Shown: one piece after another, positions 18,184-29,027 of the stretch
How the letters are laid out: each line of letters opens with the position of its first letter
How positions within the stretch are numbered: the first letter of the stretch is position 1
NCBI GenBank assembly: GCA_945862365.1
Contig: CAMAXK010000006.1
Coordinates: 5,146 to 69,145 of the forward strand
DNA from: Chlamydia trachomatis
GTDB lineage: Bacteria > Chlamydiota > Chlamydiia > Chlamydiales > 2-12-FULL-49-11
Length of the DNA stretch: 64,000 nt
Direction: 5' to 3'
Made by a program: the position numbers and the translations under genes
The notes under the pieces: generated by a model
The model's database searches: none
What the model was told of the DNA's origin: nothing
The model's input: the letters and a program-made list of their open reading frames with translations, nothing else

Positions 18184-20127
18184 CTAATCGTTGTTTTTGA
18201 TTTCTTCCACTTCTGCATCTTCGATATTATCAGAGCTATTATCAGATGACCCAGCTTTTTGATGCGTATAGCTACGAGCTTTTGCTGATTCATCGTTAGA
18301 GGCTTCCTGACCTTCAGCTGCGCCTTGTAAAGACTCACCAATTTTTTGGATTGTCTGATTAAGCTCATCTTTTGCCGTTTTGATCTTATCAGCATTATCG
18401 GTTTTAAGAGCCTCTTTTGCTGCCTCGATCTTTTGCTCGATAGAAGATTTTACTTCTGCAGGCACTTTGTCTGCATAATCTTTAAGAGATTTTTCTGCTC
18501 TAAAAATAAGAGCATCTGTCTCGTTTTTAAGATCGATTTTCTCTCGAGCAATTTTATCGGCCTCTTTATGAGCTTCAGCCTCATTAACAGCTCTATTAAT
18601 TTCCTCAGTACTTAATCCAGAGGAGGCTTCGATACGGATCTTCTGCTCTTTGCCAGACTGCTTGTCTTTTGCAGATACATGTAAGATACCGTCGGCATCA
18701 ATGTCAAAAGCCACTTCAATTTGAGGAACTCCACGTGGAGCTGGAGGGATATCAGAAAGATCGAAGTTACCAATCTTTTTGTTATCTGCTGCCATCTCTC
18801 TTTCCCCTTGAAGAACAGCAATTGTTACTGCTGGCTGGTTATCCGCCGCTGTAGAAAACACTTGCTTTCTTTGTGTAGGAATAGTTGTGTTTCTTTCAAT
18901 CACTTTTGTCATCACTCCGCCTAATGTTTCAATACCTAAAGATAAAGGAACAACATCAAGAAGAAGAACATCTTTTACATCACCTGTTAACACCGCACCT
19001 TGGATAGCTGCACCAATTGCAACCACTTCATCAGGGTTTACCCCTTTATGAGGCTCTTTTCCAAAGATTGCTTTTACCTTTTCTTGAACCATTGGCATAC
19101 GTGTCATTCCGCCCACTAAGATCACTTCATCGATCTGAGAAGTTGAAACACCGGCATCTTTTAATGCTTTTAAGCAAGGACCTTTTGTTCTTTCTACAAG
19201 ATCCTCTGCTAGACTTTCAAACTTGGCTCTTGAAAGAGTTAAGTTTAAGTGCTTAGGACCACTATTGCTCATGGTAATAAATGGTTGGTTGATCTCTGTA
19301 GATCCTGTTCCTGAAAGTTCGATTTTTGCTTTTTCTGCAGCATCACGAAGTCTTTGTAGCGCCATTTTATCTGTAGTAAGATCAATACCATGCTCTTTTT
19401 TAAACTCATCTAAAATCCACTTCATGATCACTCCATCAAAGTCATCACCACCTAAATGGGTATCTCCGTTTGTAGCAAGAACTTCAAAAACACCATCACC
19501 GATTTCAAGGATAGATACGTCAAATGTACCGCCACCTAAATCATACACAGCAATTTTTTGATCTTTACCTTTTTTATCCAGTCCGTAAGCTAAAGCTGCA
19601 GCTGTTGGCTCGTTGATAATACGACGAACGTTTAGCCCTGCAATTTTTCCTGCATCTTTTGTAGACTGTCTTTGAGAATCATTAAAATAAGCAGGTACTG
19701 TAATTACTGCCTCTGTTACCTCTTCACCAAGATAAGCCTCTGCCGTCTCTTTCATTTTTGCTAAAACAGCGGCCCCAATTTCTTCAGGACTATATTTTTT
19801 TCCAACGGCTTCGATGACAACTTTTCCGCCACTACCTTCAGAAATTTTGTAAGAGACAGCATTTTTCTCTCCAGATACTTCACTATATTTTCTTCCGATA
19901 AAACGTTTTGCAGAGGCAATAGTATTGTCAGGATTTGTTACTGCTTGACGTTTTGCAGGAATACCAATTAAACGCTCATCACCTTTAAAAGCTACGATAG
20001 ATGGAGTTGTTCTTGCCCCTTCTGCGTTTGTGATCACTTTAGCATCTTTACCTTCCATGATCGCAACACATGAGTTGGTTGTTCCAAGGTCGATACCGAT
20101 AATTTTAGTACTTTTTTTCTTTGTCAT
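18184..20127 (-). CDS. dnaK: Chaperone DnaK
   Basis: [36 protein letters not shown]. Confidence 0.99.
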   Translation of the reverse strand: MTKKKSTKIIGIDLGTTNSCVAIMEGKDAKVITNAEGARTTPSIVAFKGDERLIGIPAKRQAVTNPDNTIASAKRFIGRKYSEVSGEKNAVSYKISEGSGGKVVIEAVGKKYSPEEIGAAVLAKMKETAEAYLGEEVTEAVITVPAYFNDSQRQSTKDAGKIAGLNVRRIINEPTAAALAYGLDKKGKDQKIAVYDLGGGTFDVSILEIGDGVFEVLATNGDTHLGGDDFDGVIMKWILDEFKKEHGIDLTTDKMALQRLRDAAEKAKIELSGTGSTEINQPFITMSNSGPKHLNLTLSRAKFESLAEDLVERTKGPCLKALKDAGVSTSQIDEVILVGGMTRMPMVQEKVKAIFGKEPHKGVNPDEVVAIGAAIQGAVLTGDVKDVLLLDVVPLSLGIETLGGVMTKVIERNTTIPTQRKQVFSTAADNQPAVTIAVLQGEREMAADNKKIGNFDLSDIPPAPRGVPQIEVAFDIDADGILHVSAKDKQSGKEQKIRIEASSGLSTEEINRAVNEAEAHKEADKIAREKIDLKNETDALIFRAEKSLKDYADKVPAEVKSSIEQKIEAAKEALKTDNADKIKTAKDELNQTIQKIGESLQGAAEGQEASNDESAKARSYTHQKAGSSDNSSDNIEDAEVEEIKNND

Positions 20128-20155
20128 AGATTATCCTTTTGTTATATATTTTTTT

Positions 20156-20698
20156 TTACTCTTGATGGGATACGTTTTTTGCAACTTTAACTTGCGCTAC
20201 ACGAATCACTCGTTTGTCTTGTTTGTATCCTTTCATTAATTCTTGTATTACAGTGCCATCTTCATGATCTTTTGTTTCGACAAGCTCTACTGCTTGATGA
20301 TAGTGTGGATCAAAAGGTTTGCCGAGGCTGTCAAAAGAGACTACACCGTGATTTTCTAAACTTGCTTTAAACTGATCTAGAATCATTTTAAAACCAATTG
20401 CCCAGTTTTGCATTTCATCTGAAAGGTTTGCCGTATGATTTAAAGCATTTTCTAAATTATCAATTGGGGCTAAAAGATCTTCTACAATATTTCCTACTGC
20501 GTAGGCGATGAGATCTTTTTTCTCCTGCATAAGACGAGTTTTAGTATTTTCCATTTCAGCCAGCGCTCTAAAATATTTATCTTTATATTCGGCAGCCTCT
20601 TTTGTTTTTTGTACAAGCTGCTCTTGTATTAAATCTGCTGCTGAAAATGCTTTTTCTTCCGTCTCTTTGATCGGCTCTTCATGTTCTTTTTTTGTCAT
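20156..20698 (-). CDS. grpE: Nucleotide exchange factor GrpE
   Basis: RALAEMEN, FDPHYHQAV, KGYK...RVAQVKV. Confidence 0.97.
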   Translation of the reverse strand: MTKKEHEEPIKETEEKAFSAADLIQEQLVQKTKEAAEYKDKYFRALAEMENTKTRLMQEKKDLIAYAVGNIVEDLLAPIDNLENALNHTANLSDEMQNWAIGFKMILDQFKASLENHGVVSFDSLGKPFDPHYHQAVELVETKDHEDGTVIQELMKGYKQDKRVIRVAQVKVAKNVSHQE

Positions 20699-21840
20699 AG
20701 ATTCTCTTTGTGGGTTAGACCGATTACTGGAAGGCCACTTCTTGTGTAGGTGACCTCTTTAGATTTTGGTGTTCGGTAGTTTAATTGAAATTTATACAAG
20801 CTTTTTGTGAGATTATCGCTAAGCAATGCCGAGATTGTCTCAAGAAGGGAAATCAGACCTTTGTAATTCATTCTAGATGGTCCAGCAACTGCAATATTTC
20901 CTACCGCTTTATTGTGTATATAATAAGGGATTTGAATAAGTGAACTTTTGTAGGGAGGGGGGATATGCTCTTTTAAATCTTCACCAATATGTAATTTTAA
21001 CCCTTGATTATTGTATAAAAGCTGTTGCAAAATAGCTGAATTTTCAAAAAGAGATAAAGTGTTGGATAGGGCTTTTGGATCGTGAAATTCACTGTGGCGA
21101 AGAAGTTTTGCAAAGCCGCCTTTGTAAATATCAGGATGGTTCATATTGGTAAAACTTATAAAGTGACGAAGAATTACCTCATCGTAAGCACTTTTGGCAA
21201 AAATTTCTTCCTCTTCTGTTAGAGAAGGTTTGTCTAATGAGGTCAGCCTAAAGTGAAAATATTCTTGCAATCGGTTGATGGTAAAATTACTCATTTGACT
21301 TGGCAGATATAGGGTTTCAGTATGAATGAATCCAAAATCTGTTACGATGATACAAACAGCGCGACCATCATCGACTTTTGAAAGGATAATTTTAGAAATA
21401 AAATCCTGATCAAATCTTGGTGCAGTGATTAAGGTGGTTAAAGAGGTAAGATCTGCAATTGCCTCTGTCACCTCTTGAAGATAGTAAGAGAGTCTTTTTG
21501 TCTCTTTACTGATGATGCTTTGTAAGAATTCATAGTCTTGCTTACCAATTTTAGGAAATTGCTTTTTTTCAAGGAGCGTTTCAACATACAATCTTAAGGC
21601 AAGATCTGTAGGGGATCTTCCCCCAGAGGTGTGCTCTTGAATAAGGTAGCCGCATTCTTCAAGGGAGGCAAAATAATTTCGAATGGTTGCCGAGCTTAAA
21701 AGTTCAAAGCCATTTTCCCTTAATGTGTTAGATCCCACAGGCTTACCTGTGGTTAAAAATAGCTCAACAAGACCCATAAGGACCTCGATTTCACGCTCTT
21801 TTTTTGAAGCTGGCTTTTTCTTCATCATCAACTTTCTCAC
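20695..21840 (-). CDS. hrcA: Heat-inducible transcription repressor HrcA
   Basis: PVGS, SSATIRN, HTSGGRSPT, GPSRMNY; start may be an ATG at 21828 or 21825. Confidence 0.96.
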   Translation of the reverse strand: MRKLMMKKKPASKKEREIEVLMGLVELFLTTGKPVGSNTLRENGFELLSSATIRNYFASLEECGYLIQEHTSGGRSPTDLALRLYVETLLEKKQFPKIGKQDYEFLQSIISKETKRLSYYLQEVTEAIADLTSLTTLITAPRFDQDFISKIILSKVDDGRAVCIIVTDFGFIHTETLYLPSQMSNFTINRLQEYFHFRLTSLDKPSLTEEEEIFAKSAYDEVILRHFISFTNMNHPDIYKGGFAKLLRHSEFHDPKALSNTLSLFENSAILQQLLYNNQGLKLHIGEDLKEHIPPPYKSSLIQIPYYIHNKAVGNIAVAGPSRMNYKGLISLLETISALLSDNLTKSLYKFQLNYRTPKSKEVTYTRSGLPVIGLTHKENL

Positions 21841-21854
21841 CTTTCTTACTTATT

Positions 21855-21883
21855 AGTATATTATATAGACCTTCTTTTGGCAA
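21855..21883 (-). promoter_or_regulatory. Sigma66/70 promoter of hrcA-grpE-dnaK
   Basis: Minus strand TTGCCA-N17-TATACT. Confidence 0.75.
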
Positions 21884-21889
21884 GAATTT

Positions 21890-21916
21890 TTAGCACTTAA
21901 TTTAAGTGACTGCTGA
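21890..21916. promoter_or_regulatory. CIRCE operator (HrcA binding site)
   Basis: TTAGCACTT-N9-GACTGCTGA versus consensus TTAGCACTC-N9-GAGTGCTAA, just upstream of the hrcA -35 box. Confidence 0.85.
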
Positions 21917-22015
21917 ATTAATTTATAAAGCACTGTAACTAAGTATTTTAAAATATCTTTGATTTTTATGAAATGATGCTTTATCATAGAAATTTTTATT
22001 TTTTAAGAGGTTCAA

Positions 22016-22447
22016 ATGTGGGAGAAACAGACTAAAAAAGCATTTATCGGGGTCACAAAAGAGGCTATTTGGGAGGTGCTCTCTGATGTAAATAGGTGGC
22101 CTACTTGGAACCCAGATATGGAATCTTGTAGCCTGCAAGGACCTTTTGAAGAAGGGGTTAAATTTGAAATTAAGGCGAAAAATCTCCCTTCTGTAACTCT
22201 TACTATTGAAAAAATCATAGAAAATCGTTGTCTTATTGACTGTGCGCACTTACCAGGGGCAAAGATGTATGGAAAACATGAAATTTATGAAATAGAAGGG
22301 GGAGTGGAGCTTGTGACAACTATTAGCATCACAGGGCTTAATAGTAAGATGTGGGTGTCGATACTTGGGGAAAAAGTTGCAGGGAAAAGTGCAAAGCAAA
22401 TGGATGATTTAGTATCAAGAGTGATAAATAATGGATTGCCTAGCTAA
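22016..22447 (+). CDS. SRPBCC / polyketide cyclase-like protein
   Basis: EAIWEVLSDVNRWPTWNPD...GPFEEG; 143 aa. Confidence 0.8.
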   Translation: MWEKQTKKAFIGVTKEAIWEVLSDVNRWPTWNPDMESCSLQGPFEEGVKFEIKAKNLPSVTLTIEKIIENRCLIDCAHLPGAKMYGKHEIYEIEGGVELVTTISITGLNSKMWVSILGEKVAGKSAKQMDDLVSRVINNGLPS

Positions 22448-22748
22448 AGCAAGGAATGGGGAGTTTAGTGGTCTTACCCTTCTTTATACTATAGTGCGAT
22501 TCCCACTAGATAGTCCAGTGCCATTTATCATGATAAGTGGCACTGCATCGATTTGTGTTAAAATTTTACCTAAATTTATTGGCTATCCAGTTGGAATTGT
22601 AGTTTTTGCAACTGGATTTTTTTTAAATTTGATCACTACTTTAGATAAGATTAAGGGTGTCCCCTTGAAGCAGAGGGAAGCAACACTACCTTCAATTGCA
22701 GCATTTACTATTCACAAAAAAAACGTTAATACAATACCCAGATTATAA
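22431..22748 (+). CDS. Small hypothetical membrane protein
   Basis: 105 aa ORF overlapping the upstream stop; central hydrophobic hairpin. Confidence 0.45.
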   Translation: MDCLAKARNGEFSGLTLLYTIVRFPLDSPVPFIMISGTASICVKILPKFIGYPVGIVVFATGFFLNLITTLDKIKGVPLKQREATLPSIAAFTIHKKNVNTIPRL

Positions 22749-22865
22749 CATGGATAAAAAGATATAAGGATGAAAAAAGCGTGCGATAGATTTTTTATTA
22801 GTGTAAAAAATATATTGCAGTTTAAAATTTAAAGGTTTAGCATTTTTATTTTTAAAAATATTGAG

Positions 22866-23261
22866 GTGAAAGTGAGAAAACTAGTATTTCTATTACTTCC
22901 ATTTTTGGTAATGGCTGAAAATTTCACGATTGATCTTGGGAAGTTAGGAAAAATTGTATATTATTTTGAGGAGGGACTTTGTGAAAAAGTTGCTTGTCTG
23001 TCTCCTGTAAATGAAGTAAAGTATGAACATCTCTATCATTATGATAATGCGGGCGGCTTATCCAGAAAGGGACAAGCCAGTATTTTTATGAAGGCGATAA
23101 GCTAACATGGAAAAGGAAATTGGATTAGAGGAAGAAAACCTGATTTAGAACAGTTAAACCCTGATTTAGATCATCCTTACCACGGACCTCATTGGGATTA
23201 TTATGGGCCAAACTTTCCTGATGGTATAAGAATATATCCAGATAGATGGGAGCATAAATAA
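22866..23261 (+). pseudogene. Collapsed Rhs-type toxin gene remnant with an Ntox37-like tip
   Basis: Signal peptide plus YD-like sequence (YHYDNAG); shifted frame from 23054 reads RLIQKGTSQYFYEGDKLT; after TAA 23103-05 the original frame reads HGKGNWIRGRKPDLEQLNPDLDHPYHGPHWDYYGPNFPDGIRIYPDRWEHK*. Confidence 0.75.
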
Positions 23262-23846
23262 TTGATAAAAAAATTCAATACATATTTATTAGATAGCGTT
23301 AAGGCTAAGGCATATTTATTTAATAACATAGAGGGAATAAATGAATTATCTAAGGCTGCTTTAAAGTATATACCATTTGATCAGGGAGAGTTTTTTACTA
23401 TCCTTCAAAACGGTTTATCTAATGAAAAAATACATAAATTTAGAAATGGTTATGTAGGAGGGGGTGTCATTGAAGAGGTGGCTATCTTATTACAGGATAA
23501 ATTTGAAACAAAAAAGGGCGAGCTTTGCATTTTTGATGATTTTAATGAAGATTATTCTTCCGAACCCATGTGGGATTTGTTTGATGATGTAGGAGTTCAT
23601 CAAAGTAAAGAAATCTATTATTTAGTTTCAGCTGATCAAAGTTCTGTCGATCTTCTAACGCAATGTTTTAGAGCTTCAAACTGTATTTGGCATTCTCTTT
23701 GTGTTTTTAGCAAGTATACATATAATAAGAATGAGGATAGAACCATTTCCATTTTAGAGTTAGAAAATATAGCTAGATCGGCTCAGTATGTTCTATATCT
23801 TGCTTACGACGCTGAAGGCTATATCATTTGGGAAAAAAGAGATTAA
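23262..23846 (+). CDS. Putative orphan immunity protein
   Basis: Intact acidic 194 aa ORF; its TTG directly abuts the stop of the toxin remnant; ends AYDAEGYIIWE. Confidence 0.6.
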   Translation: MIKKFNTYLLDSVKAKAYLFNNIEGINELSKAALKYIPFDQGEFFTILQNGLSNEKIHKFRNGYVGGGVIEEVAILLQDKFETKKGELCIFDDFNEDYSSEPMWDLFDDVGVHQSKEIYYLVSADQSSVDLLTQCFRASNCIWHSLCVFSKYTYNKNEDRTISILELENIARSAQYVLYLAYDAEGYIIWEKRD

Positions 23847-23870
23847 CTCACCTTTAGCATGCAAATGTAA

Positions 23871-26800
23871 TTACGCAAGAGGTGTAATAATCAAAGGGAG
23901 CACATCGACAATTGATGGTGACCAGGAAAGACCTCTTGCATAGACAATATTTTGGGCAATAGAGCAGGCAATAATAGCTTTTTTATGCATATCTGGGATG
24001 TTCTTCAAAATTCGATCTTTGAATTTTGTTTGGAAAATCGGTAGTAAATAGTCAACAAGCGTTTTGTTTAATGGATCATTAATGTTTTCAGATAGAGTCA
24101 CCCCTTCAAGATAGTCAAGAATTTGATAGGTATAGGTGTTGATTTTTTTCGAAACCCTATCTGATAGCTCTGTTAAAGGAAGGTTAGACTCAGTATGAGA
24201 ATTTAATAGCAACATGGCCTCTTTTTGTGCTTTATCACGAATAAAGTTTAGTGCATCCTTCATCAGCTCTTGCTTATTTTCTAAAAATTCTTCGTTTGTC
24301 ATTAAAAGACTACATTGCACCTCTAAGGAAGAGGCGATAACCCCCCCTTTATTTGCAGAGCTATCTTTGATGATTAACACTCCAAGATCTTCTAAGGCAG
24401 TACGTGCCTCTGCTGTAAGGTAAAGATTAGCCCCTTCTATAATACCTTTTGAGGTAGGCTTGCCTTCATCATCCAAAAAAGTTTGATAATTTTTATTATT
24501 TAGGGTTCTTGGCCGACCACCAGCTGGTATAAATATGTCAGTTTTTACTTGATGTAGGTGACCGCTATAAAGATGATGAGTTTCGTTTCCAAGAAGCCAC
24601 TCTTCCTCTAATTTGCCACCTTTTTTTCTATAACATAGCGTAAGAGTTTGATAGTTAGATTGCTCTTTTTTAGTCTCTATATCTAAAAGTAGTCCGCCAT
24701 CCGATAATTTTTTTGGAGGGTAAAATCGTACTGGTTTTTCTTCCTTAAATAAGGCAGCAAGTTCTGCTAAATCTAAACCTTTTGGATCATAAATAGTTCC
24801 AGAGCCATCAGTGATTGCAAGAAGTTTTGCAGTTTTTGGATAGTAGCGGTAAAGGTTAAAAATTTGGTTTCCCGCCACATCCCCATCTGGTCCACCAGAT
24901 ATTTTGACTGTAAAAAGATCTTTTTCAGGATTGATCCCCATGTATGTTAACATATTATGCATGCAAACATTGACTGTTTGAGAGGTTACCCCATACTCTT
25001 TATGGTTAATCCCATATTTAGGTTTTGAAGAGATAAAAGCAGCCCCTAAAATGTATTTTGCCTCTTTACTATAATTTGCAATCCATTCAATCATGCAGTT
25101 ATGCATATTTTCATCTGGACCAAGATAAATATATTCAGGACGAACATAGTAATCTACGATATCTTTGCATTTTAACGTTCCATCGCTATTGCAGTTAATT
25201 AAAGAGAGCAATGCATAGATAAAGGCACGTTGAGAGGCGTATAAATAGACAAGACGTTGATCGTTATAGTAGGTCGAAATTTTTTCCTGAATTTGCTTTT
25301 GGGAAAGTTCAGATAAATTGAGCTCTTTTTGGTACACCTCTGTTTCAAAACTTAAATCATCAAAAGGCTCTACAAATATCACAGCCTTAGATCCACCTTC
25401 AGGGATGTCTTTATTTTTCTTTTGTTGAGTATAGGCAAGGTTGTAACACTCAGAAAATATATTTACCCTTTCCCAGTTTGCTTGTTCAGGCTTTTTAGGG
25501 AAAATAGTTCTTAACCCACCACGAGAAAGGTCTTTAAATCTTAAATGGAAGGAAATAAATGACTTACCTTTGATAAAGAAAATAGCAAAAGGAACCTCAG
25601 GAAATTTTTCCGTTGTATCATAAAACAAAGAGGTCATAATAAATGGGTCTAAACGAAAGGCGAGGGCAGTTTTGTTCTTTCTGTAGTAATTGGTTTTTAA
25701 AGTATGATTAATCACTGAAAATGCAGCAAGGAGGATATTTTTTCTCCTTGTATCATGAGATAGATTACCTGTATCAATTTTATTCACTAACTCTAAAAAG
25801 GAAGCTTTCTCTCCTTCAAAGGCTTTTATATTGCGTGTGTGAGGATTGAACTTTAAGTTAAAGGTTTTAATCATTTTAGTGGTTAAGTCAGGATGTCTTA
25901 CCATTGCCTCTGTCACATTTTCTTTTGTGTACATATTTACATCAGCGTGTAAAATGAGTTGATGCGTAAGATCAATTATAGAGCGTAAAAGATTACCTTC
26001 ATTACCTGTTAATAATTCAGGGGTTACAAAACATGACTCTACAAGATCTGTATCATCAAAGTATTTAAGCATAGCAAGTTCAGATAAAAAGTCTTCCACA
26101 TCGGTAGCTTCCCAAGCAGAGGTATTGTCCGCCCCGTGTAGTGATATGGACATAAGCAGCATATTATCAGAACTATAAGGGGATACATAGGCAGCATTTA
26201 CCTTCTTTAAGACTAGGTGATGGCGGTTTATAAGTTTTGCTAGTTTATATAAGAATTTGTACTTATGGGTATTTCTCCAGGCAAAGACGATCCGCATAGA
26301 AGGGCCTGCTTTACCATGTTTTTTCCAATCCTTATTTAACCGAACTTCATATTGAAGATTATCCCGAGTTGTTGCTCGGTAATACATCTCTATAGTTAAC
26401 TCTAATCGATCTTTTGTGATAATTCTAAGATACCTAGAGTTAATATTTTCAAGCAGCTCAGAAAATGTGGCATAGGTGAATTCAGGAAGCCTTGCCTTGA
26501 TGTTTTCATAAATTTCCACTAACTCATTTTGAGTAAAGCTACTAACTCCTTTTGACTGTTCATCTATAATTTTTGTGTAATAGATGACAGCAATTCTTAC
26601 TTTATCGTTGGTTTTATAACCAGGTAGGGGGGTATCAGAGATATAGGTTTGGTAGTTTTGAATGCCAAAATAGGCGTAGTTTTTTAAAATTTTTAAATCA
26701 GCACCCGGCTCATCCTGACAAATCACTACAGAGCAGTCATTGAAATGTATTTGTACAAACTCCCCTTGCACCTTAAATCCCATAAGATTATGGGTTAACG

Positions 26801-26939
26801 TCATTACTTGATCATCGGTAAATTCTTCAAAAAATTCTGAAGGCATGTGCTTTTCTAGCCAAAGGTAGTGCTCTTGAAACGATTCTTTTTCTTGTGCTAG
26901 GGCATGTATCATAGATTTTTTCATACTTATATTACTCAT
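23871..26939 (-). CDS. gdh: NAD-specific glutamate dehydrogenase (large, GDH2-type)
   Basis: HLRFKDLSRGGLR, KNKDIPEGGSK, LGPDEN, HKEYGVTS, GGPDGDVAGN, IIEGANL, DSSANKGGV. Confidence 0.92.
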   Translation of the reverse strand: MSNISMKKSMIHALAQEKESFQEHYLWLEKHMPSEFFEEFTDDQVMTLTHNLMGFKVQGEFVQIHFNDCSVVICQDEPGADLKILKNYAYFGIQNYQTYISDTPLPGYKTNDKVRIAVIYYTKIIDEQSKGVSSFTQNELVEIYENIKARLPEFTYATFSELLENINSRYLRIITKDRLELTIEMYYRATTRDNLQYEVRLNKDWKKHGKAGPSMRIVFAWRNTHKYKFLYKLAKLINRHHLVLKKVNAAYVSPYSSDNMLLMSISLHGADNTSAWEATDVEDFLSELAMLKYFDDTDLVESCFVTPELLTGNEGNLLRSIIDLTHQLILHADVNMYTKENVTEAMVRHPDLTTKMIKTFNLKFNPHTRNIKAFEGEKASFLELVNKIDTGNLSHDTRRKNILLAAFSVINHTLKTNYYRKNKTALAFRLDPFIMTSLFYDTTEKFPEVPFAIFFIKGKSFISFHLRFKDLSRGGLRTIFPKKPEQANWERVNIFSECYNLAYTQQKKNKDIPEGGSKAVIFVEPFDDLSFETEVYQKELNLSELSQKQIQEKISTYYNDQRLVYLYASQRAFIYALLSLINCNSDGTLKCKDIVDYYVRPEYIYLGPDENMHNCMIEWIANYSKEAKYILGAAFISSKPKYGINHKEYGVTSQTVNVCMHNMLTYMGINPEKDLFTVKISGGPDGDVAGNQIFNLYRYYPKTAKLLAITDGSGTIYDPKGLDLAELAALFKEEKPVRFYPPKKLSDGGLLLDIETKKEQSNYQTLTLCYRKKGGKLEEEWLLGNETHHLYSGHLHQVKTDIFIPAGGRPRTLNNKNYQTFLDDEGKPTSKGIIEGANLYLTAEARTALEDLGVLIIKDSSANKGGVIASSLEVQCSLLMTNEEFLENKQELMKDALNFIRDKAQKEAMLLLNSHTESNLPLTELSDRVSKKINTYTYQILDYLEGVTLSENINDPLNKTLVDYLLPIFQTKFKDRILKNIPDMHKKAIIACSIAQNIVYARGLSWSPSIVDVLPLIITPLA

Positions 26940-27014
26940 TTAACCTAAAAGTAAACTCCACTTTAAGAATCATCTGATATTTGTCGAGGCTTTTTAGGGG
27001 AAAATACAACAATC

Positions 27015-28988
27015 TTATTTAGAACCTTTTAAGAGTCTTAATGAGTTAAGACCTACAATTACGGTGCTTCCCTCATGAAGGATCACAGCGATAAAAAGAG
27101 GGATAATCCCCCCTAACGATAAAATGGCATTTACAGCAATTGCCATCAGAGCTAAGAAGATATTTTGTTTAACGATTTTGTGGGTTTTTTTAGCATGAGA
27201 AAGAAGCCAGGCGATCGTGGAGAGGTCATCGTTGAGAAGCACAGCGTCTGCTGCTTCAACGGCTGTATGGCTGCCAATTTTTCCCATAGCAATGCCTACA
27301 TGGGCATAAGTGAGTGCGGGAGCATCGTTGATACCATCTCCCACCATGATAATTTTATCGGTTTTACTTTGCTCTTTAATAATAGTGAGTTTTCCCTCTG
27401 GGGTGATATCACTATGAAAGTGATCTATTCCTACACTTGCTGCAACAGTTTGTGCATTCTCTTTATGATCCCCAGTGAGCATTTCTACCGTAATAGATTT
27501 AGAAAGGGCCTTGATGATAGGTTGAATATCTTTTCGAAGCTCATCTAGAAAATGGAAAATTAATACAGTAGAGTCAATCAATGCAAGAGCCACTAGTTTT
27601 CCCTCTCGATCGATTGCATTTTGTACCTCACCATGCATAAGTGGGGGCATTTTTTGGAGAATAAAATCAGATGATCCAATATAGGAGATGAGATGTTTAC
27701 CATTAATTTCGGCAATACCTTCTACTCCAGAACCTGGAATCACTTTTAGATCTTTGATCGAATGGATGGAAATATTTTTGGCTTTTGCATAATCTAAAAT
27801 GGCTGCTGCAATTGGGTGGTGAGCCCCATTTTCAAGGCCTGCGGCAATGGATAATAATAGATTGAAATCAAGAGAAGGGTGGATGGTTTTTATATTTACA
27901 CAAGCTAATTTCCCAGTTGTGATAGTACCTGTTTTATCGAAAAACAATTTAGTACAATCGGCTAAGGCATCTAAAACAACCCCACCTTTTAATAAAATTC
28001 CTTTTCGCGCACAAGCTGAAATGGCGCCAAGATAGGCGGTAGGGGCTCCAATAATTAAGGCACAAGGGGAAGCTGCAATTAAAAATGCAAGGGATCGATA
28101 GATCGATCCAGAATTTGTAAGAAATGGTATATTTACAATAAAGGGGAGAAGTCCTGCAATCAACATAGATATAAGGATAATTGATGTAGCATAGATATCG
28201 CCGAATTGATCTAAAAAGCGTTGCAGCTTTGGCTTGGCAGCTTGTGCCTCTGTGATAAGTTTGATAATTTTTGCCAAAGTTGAATCAGAAGAGGTTTTAA
28301 GTACCTCGACAGTTAAGGTGCCATCAGTATTGATACTTCCGGCTTGAACTTCATCATGCTCTTTTTTTGCAATAGGAACACTCTCCCCTGTTAAATGGGA
28401 TAAATTTACATATGAGGTTCCTTCCAAGACTTTTCCATCTAAGGGAATCACCTCGCCAGCACGAATTAAAATTTTTGTCCCTGGTAGAATTTCTCTGACA
28501 GATTTTTGATAGGTTTCCCCATTTTGATCAAACACAATGGCCATTGACGGGGAAAGCTTTTGTAAAGAAGATAAAGCACCCTTGGTTTTTTGCGTGACCA
28601 TATGTTCTAATGTGTGAGAAAGAGCAAATAATACAAGAAGTAAAGCCCCTTCAAGTTGACTGCCAATTAAGACTGATAAAAAAGCGGCTAAGGTCATTAA
28701 CACTTCAATATTGATCTTAAATTTTGCAAAATCTCTTAATGTGTCAATTAATGCAGGTGTTCCTACAAAAAAGTAGACAATTACTAATACCCCATTGGAA
28801 AGGTTTGAAGATACAAGTAAAAGTAGGTAGGAGGCAATAAGTAAGGAGAAAGAGAGTAAAGAGGCAATTAATGATGAATAGGTGCCCCATAATCTTGAAT
28901 CTTTTGTAATAAACGGATTTATCCTCTCTTCAAATCCTGAGGATAAGTATTCATCAAGTAAATAGGGTTGTGCTGTATTTTTCTTCAT
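27015..28988 (-). CDS. zntA: Heavy-metal P1B-4-type ATPase (ZntA/CadA-like)
   Basis: TGES, SPCAL, DKTGT, GDGINDAP, HEGST. Confidence 0.92.
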   Translation of the reverse strand: MKKNTAQPYLLDEYLSSGFEERINPFITKDSRLWGTYSSLIASLLSFSLLIASYLLLLVSSNLSNGVLVIVYFFVGTPALIDTLRDFAKFKINIEVLMTLAAFLSVLIGSQLEGALLLVLFALSHTLEHMVTQKTKGALSSLQKLSPSMAIVFDQNGETYQKSVREILPGTKILIRAGEVIPLDGKVLEGTSYVNLSHLTGESVPIAKKEHDEVQAGSINTDGTLTVEVLKTSSDSTLAKIIKLITEAQAAKPKLQRFLDQFGDIYATSIILISMLIAGLLPFIVNIPFLTNSGSIYRSLAFLIAASPCALIIGAPTAYLGAISACARKGILLKGGVVLDALADCTKLFFDKTGTITTGKLACVNIKTIHPSLDFNLLLSIAAGLENGAHHPIAAAILDYAKAKNISIHSIKDLKVIPGSGVEGIAEINGKHLISYIGSSDFILQKMPPLMHGEVQNAIDREGKLVALALIDSTVLIFHFLDELRKDIQPIIKALSKSITVEMLTGDHKENAQTVAASVGIDHFHSDITPEGKLTIIKEQSKTDKIIMVGDGINDAPALTYAHVGIAMGKIGSHTAVEAADAVLLNDDLSTIAWLLSHAKKTHKIVKQNIFLALMAIAVNAILSLGGIIPLFIAVILHEGSTVIVGLNSLRLLKGSK

Positions 28989-29027
28989 ACCTTTTATTCT
29001 ATCGCAAAGTAGGCTAAATAGGAAGAT

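Noticed and set aside
18177-20753. Many short ORFs overlapping dnaK and grpE (and similar ones inside other long genes)
   Set aside because: Shadow or alternate-frame ORFs within well-conserved genes, with no recognisable motifs
23871-26939. The 1022-aa NAD-GDH as a truncated or novel enzyme
   Set aside because: Catalytic motifs are intact and the length fits the known GDH2-type class
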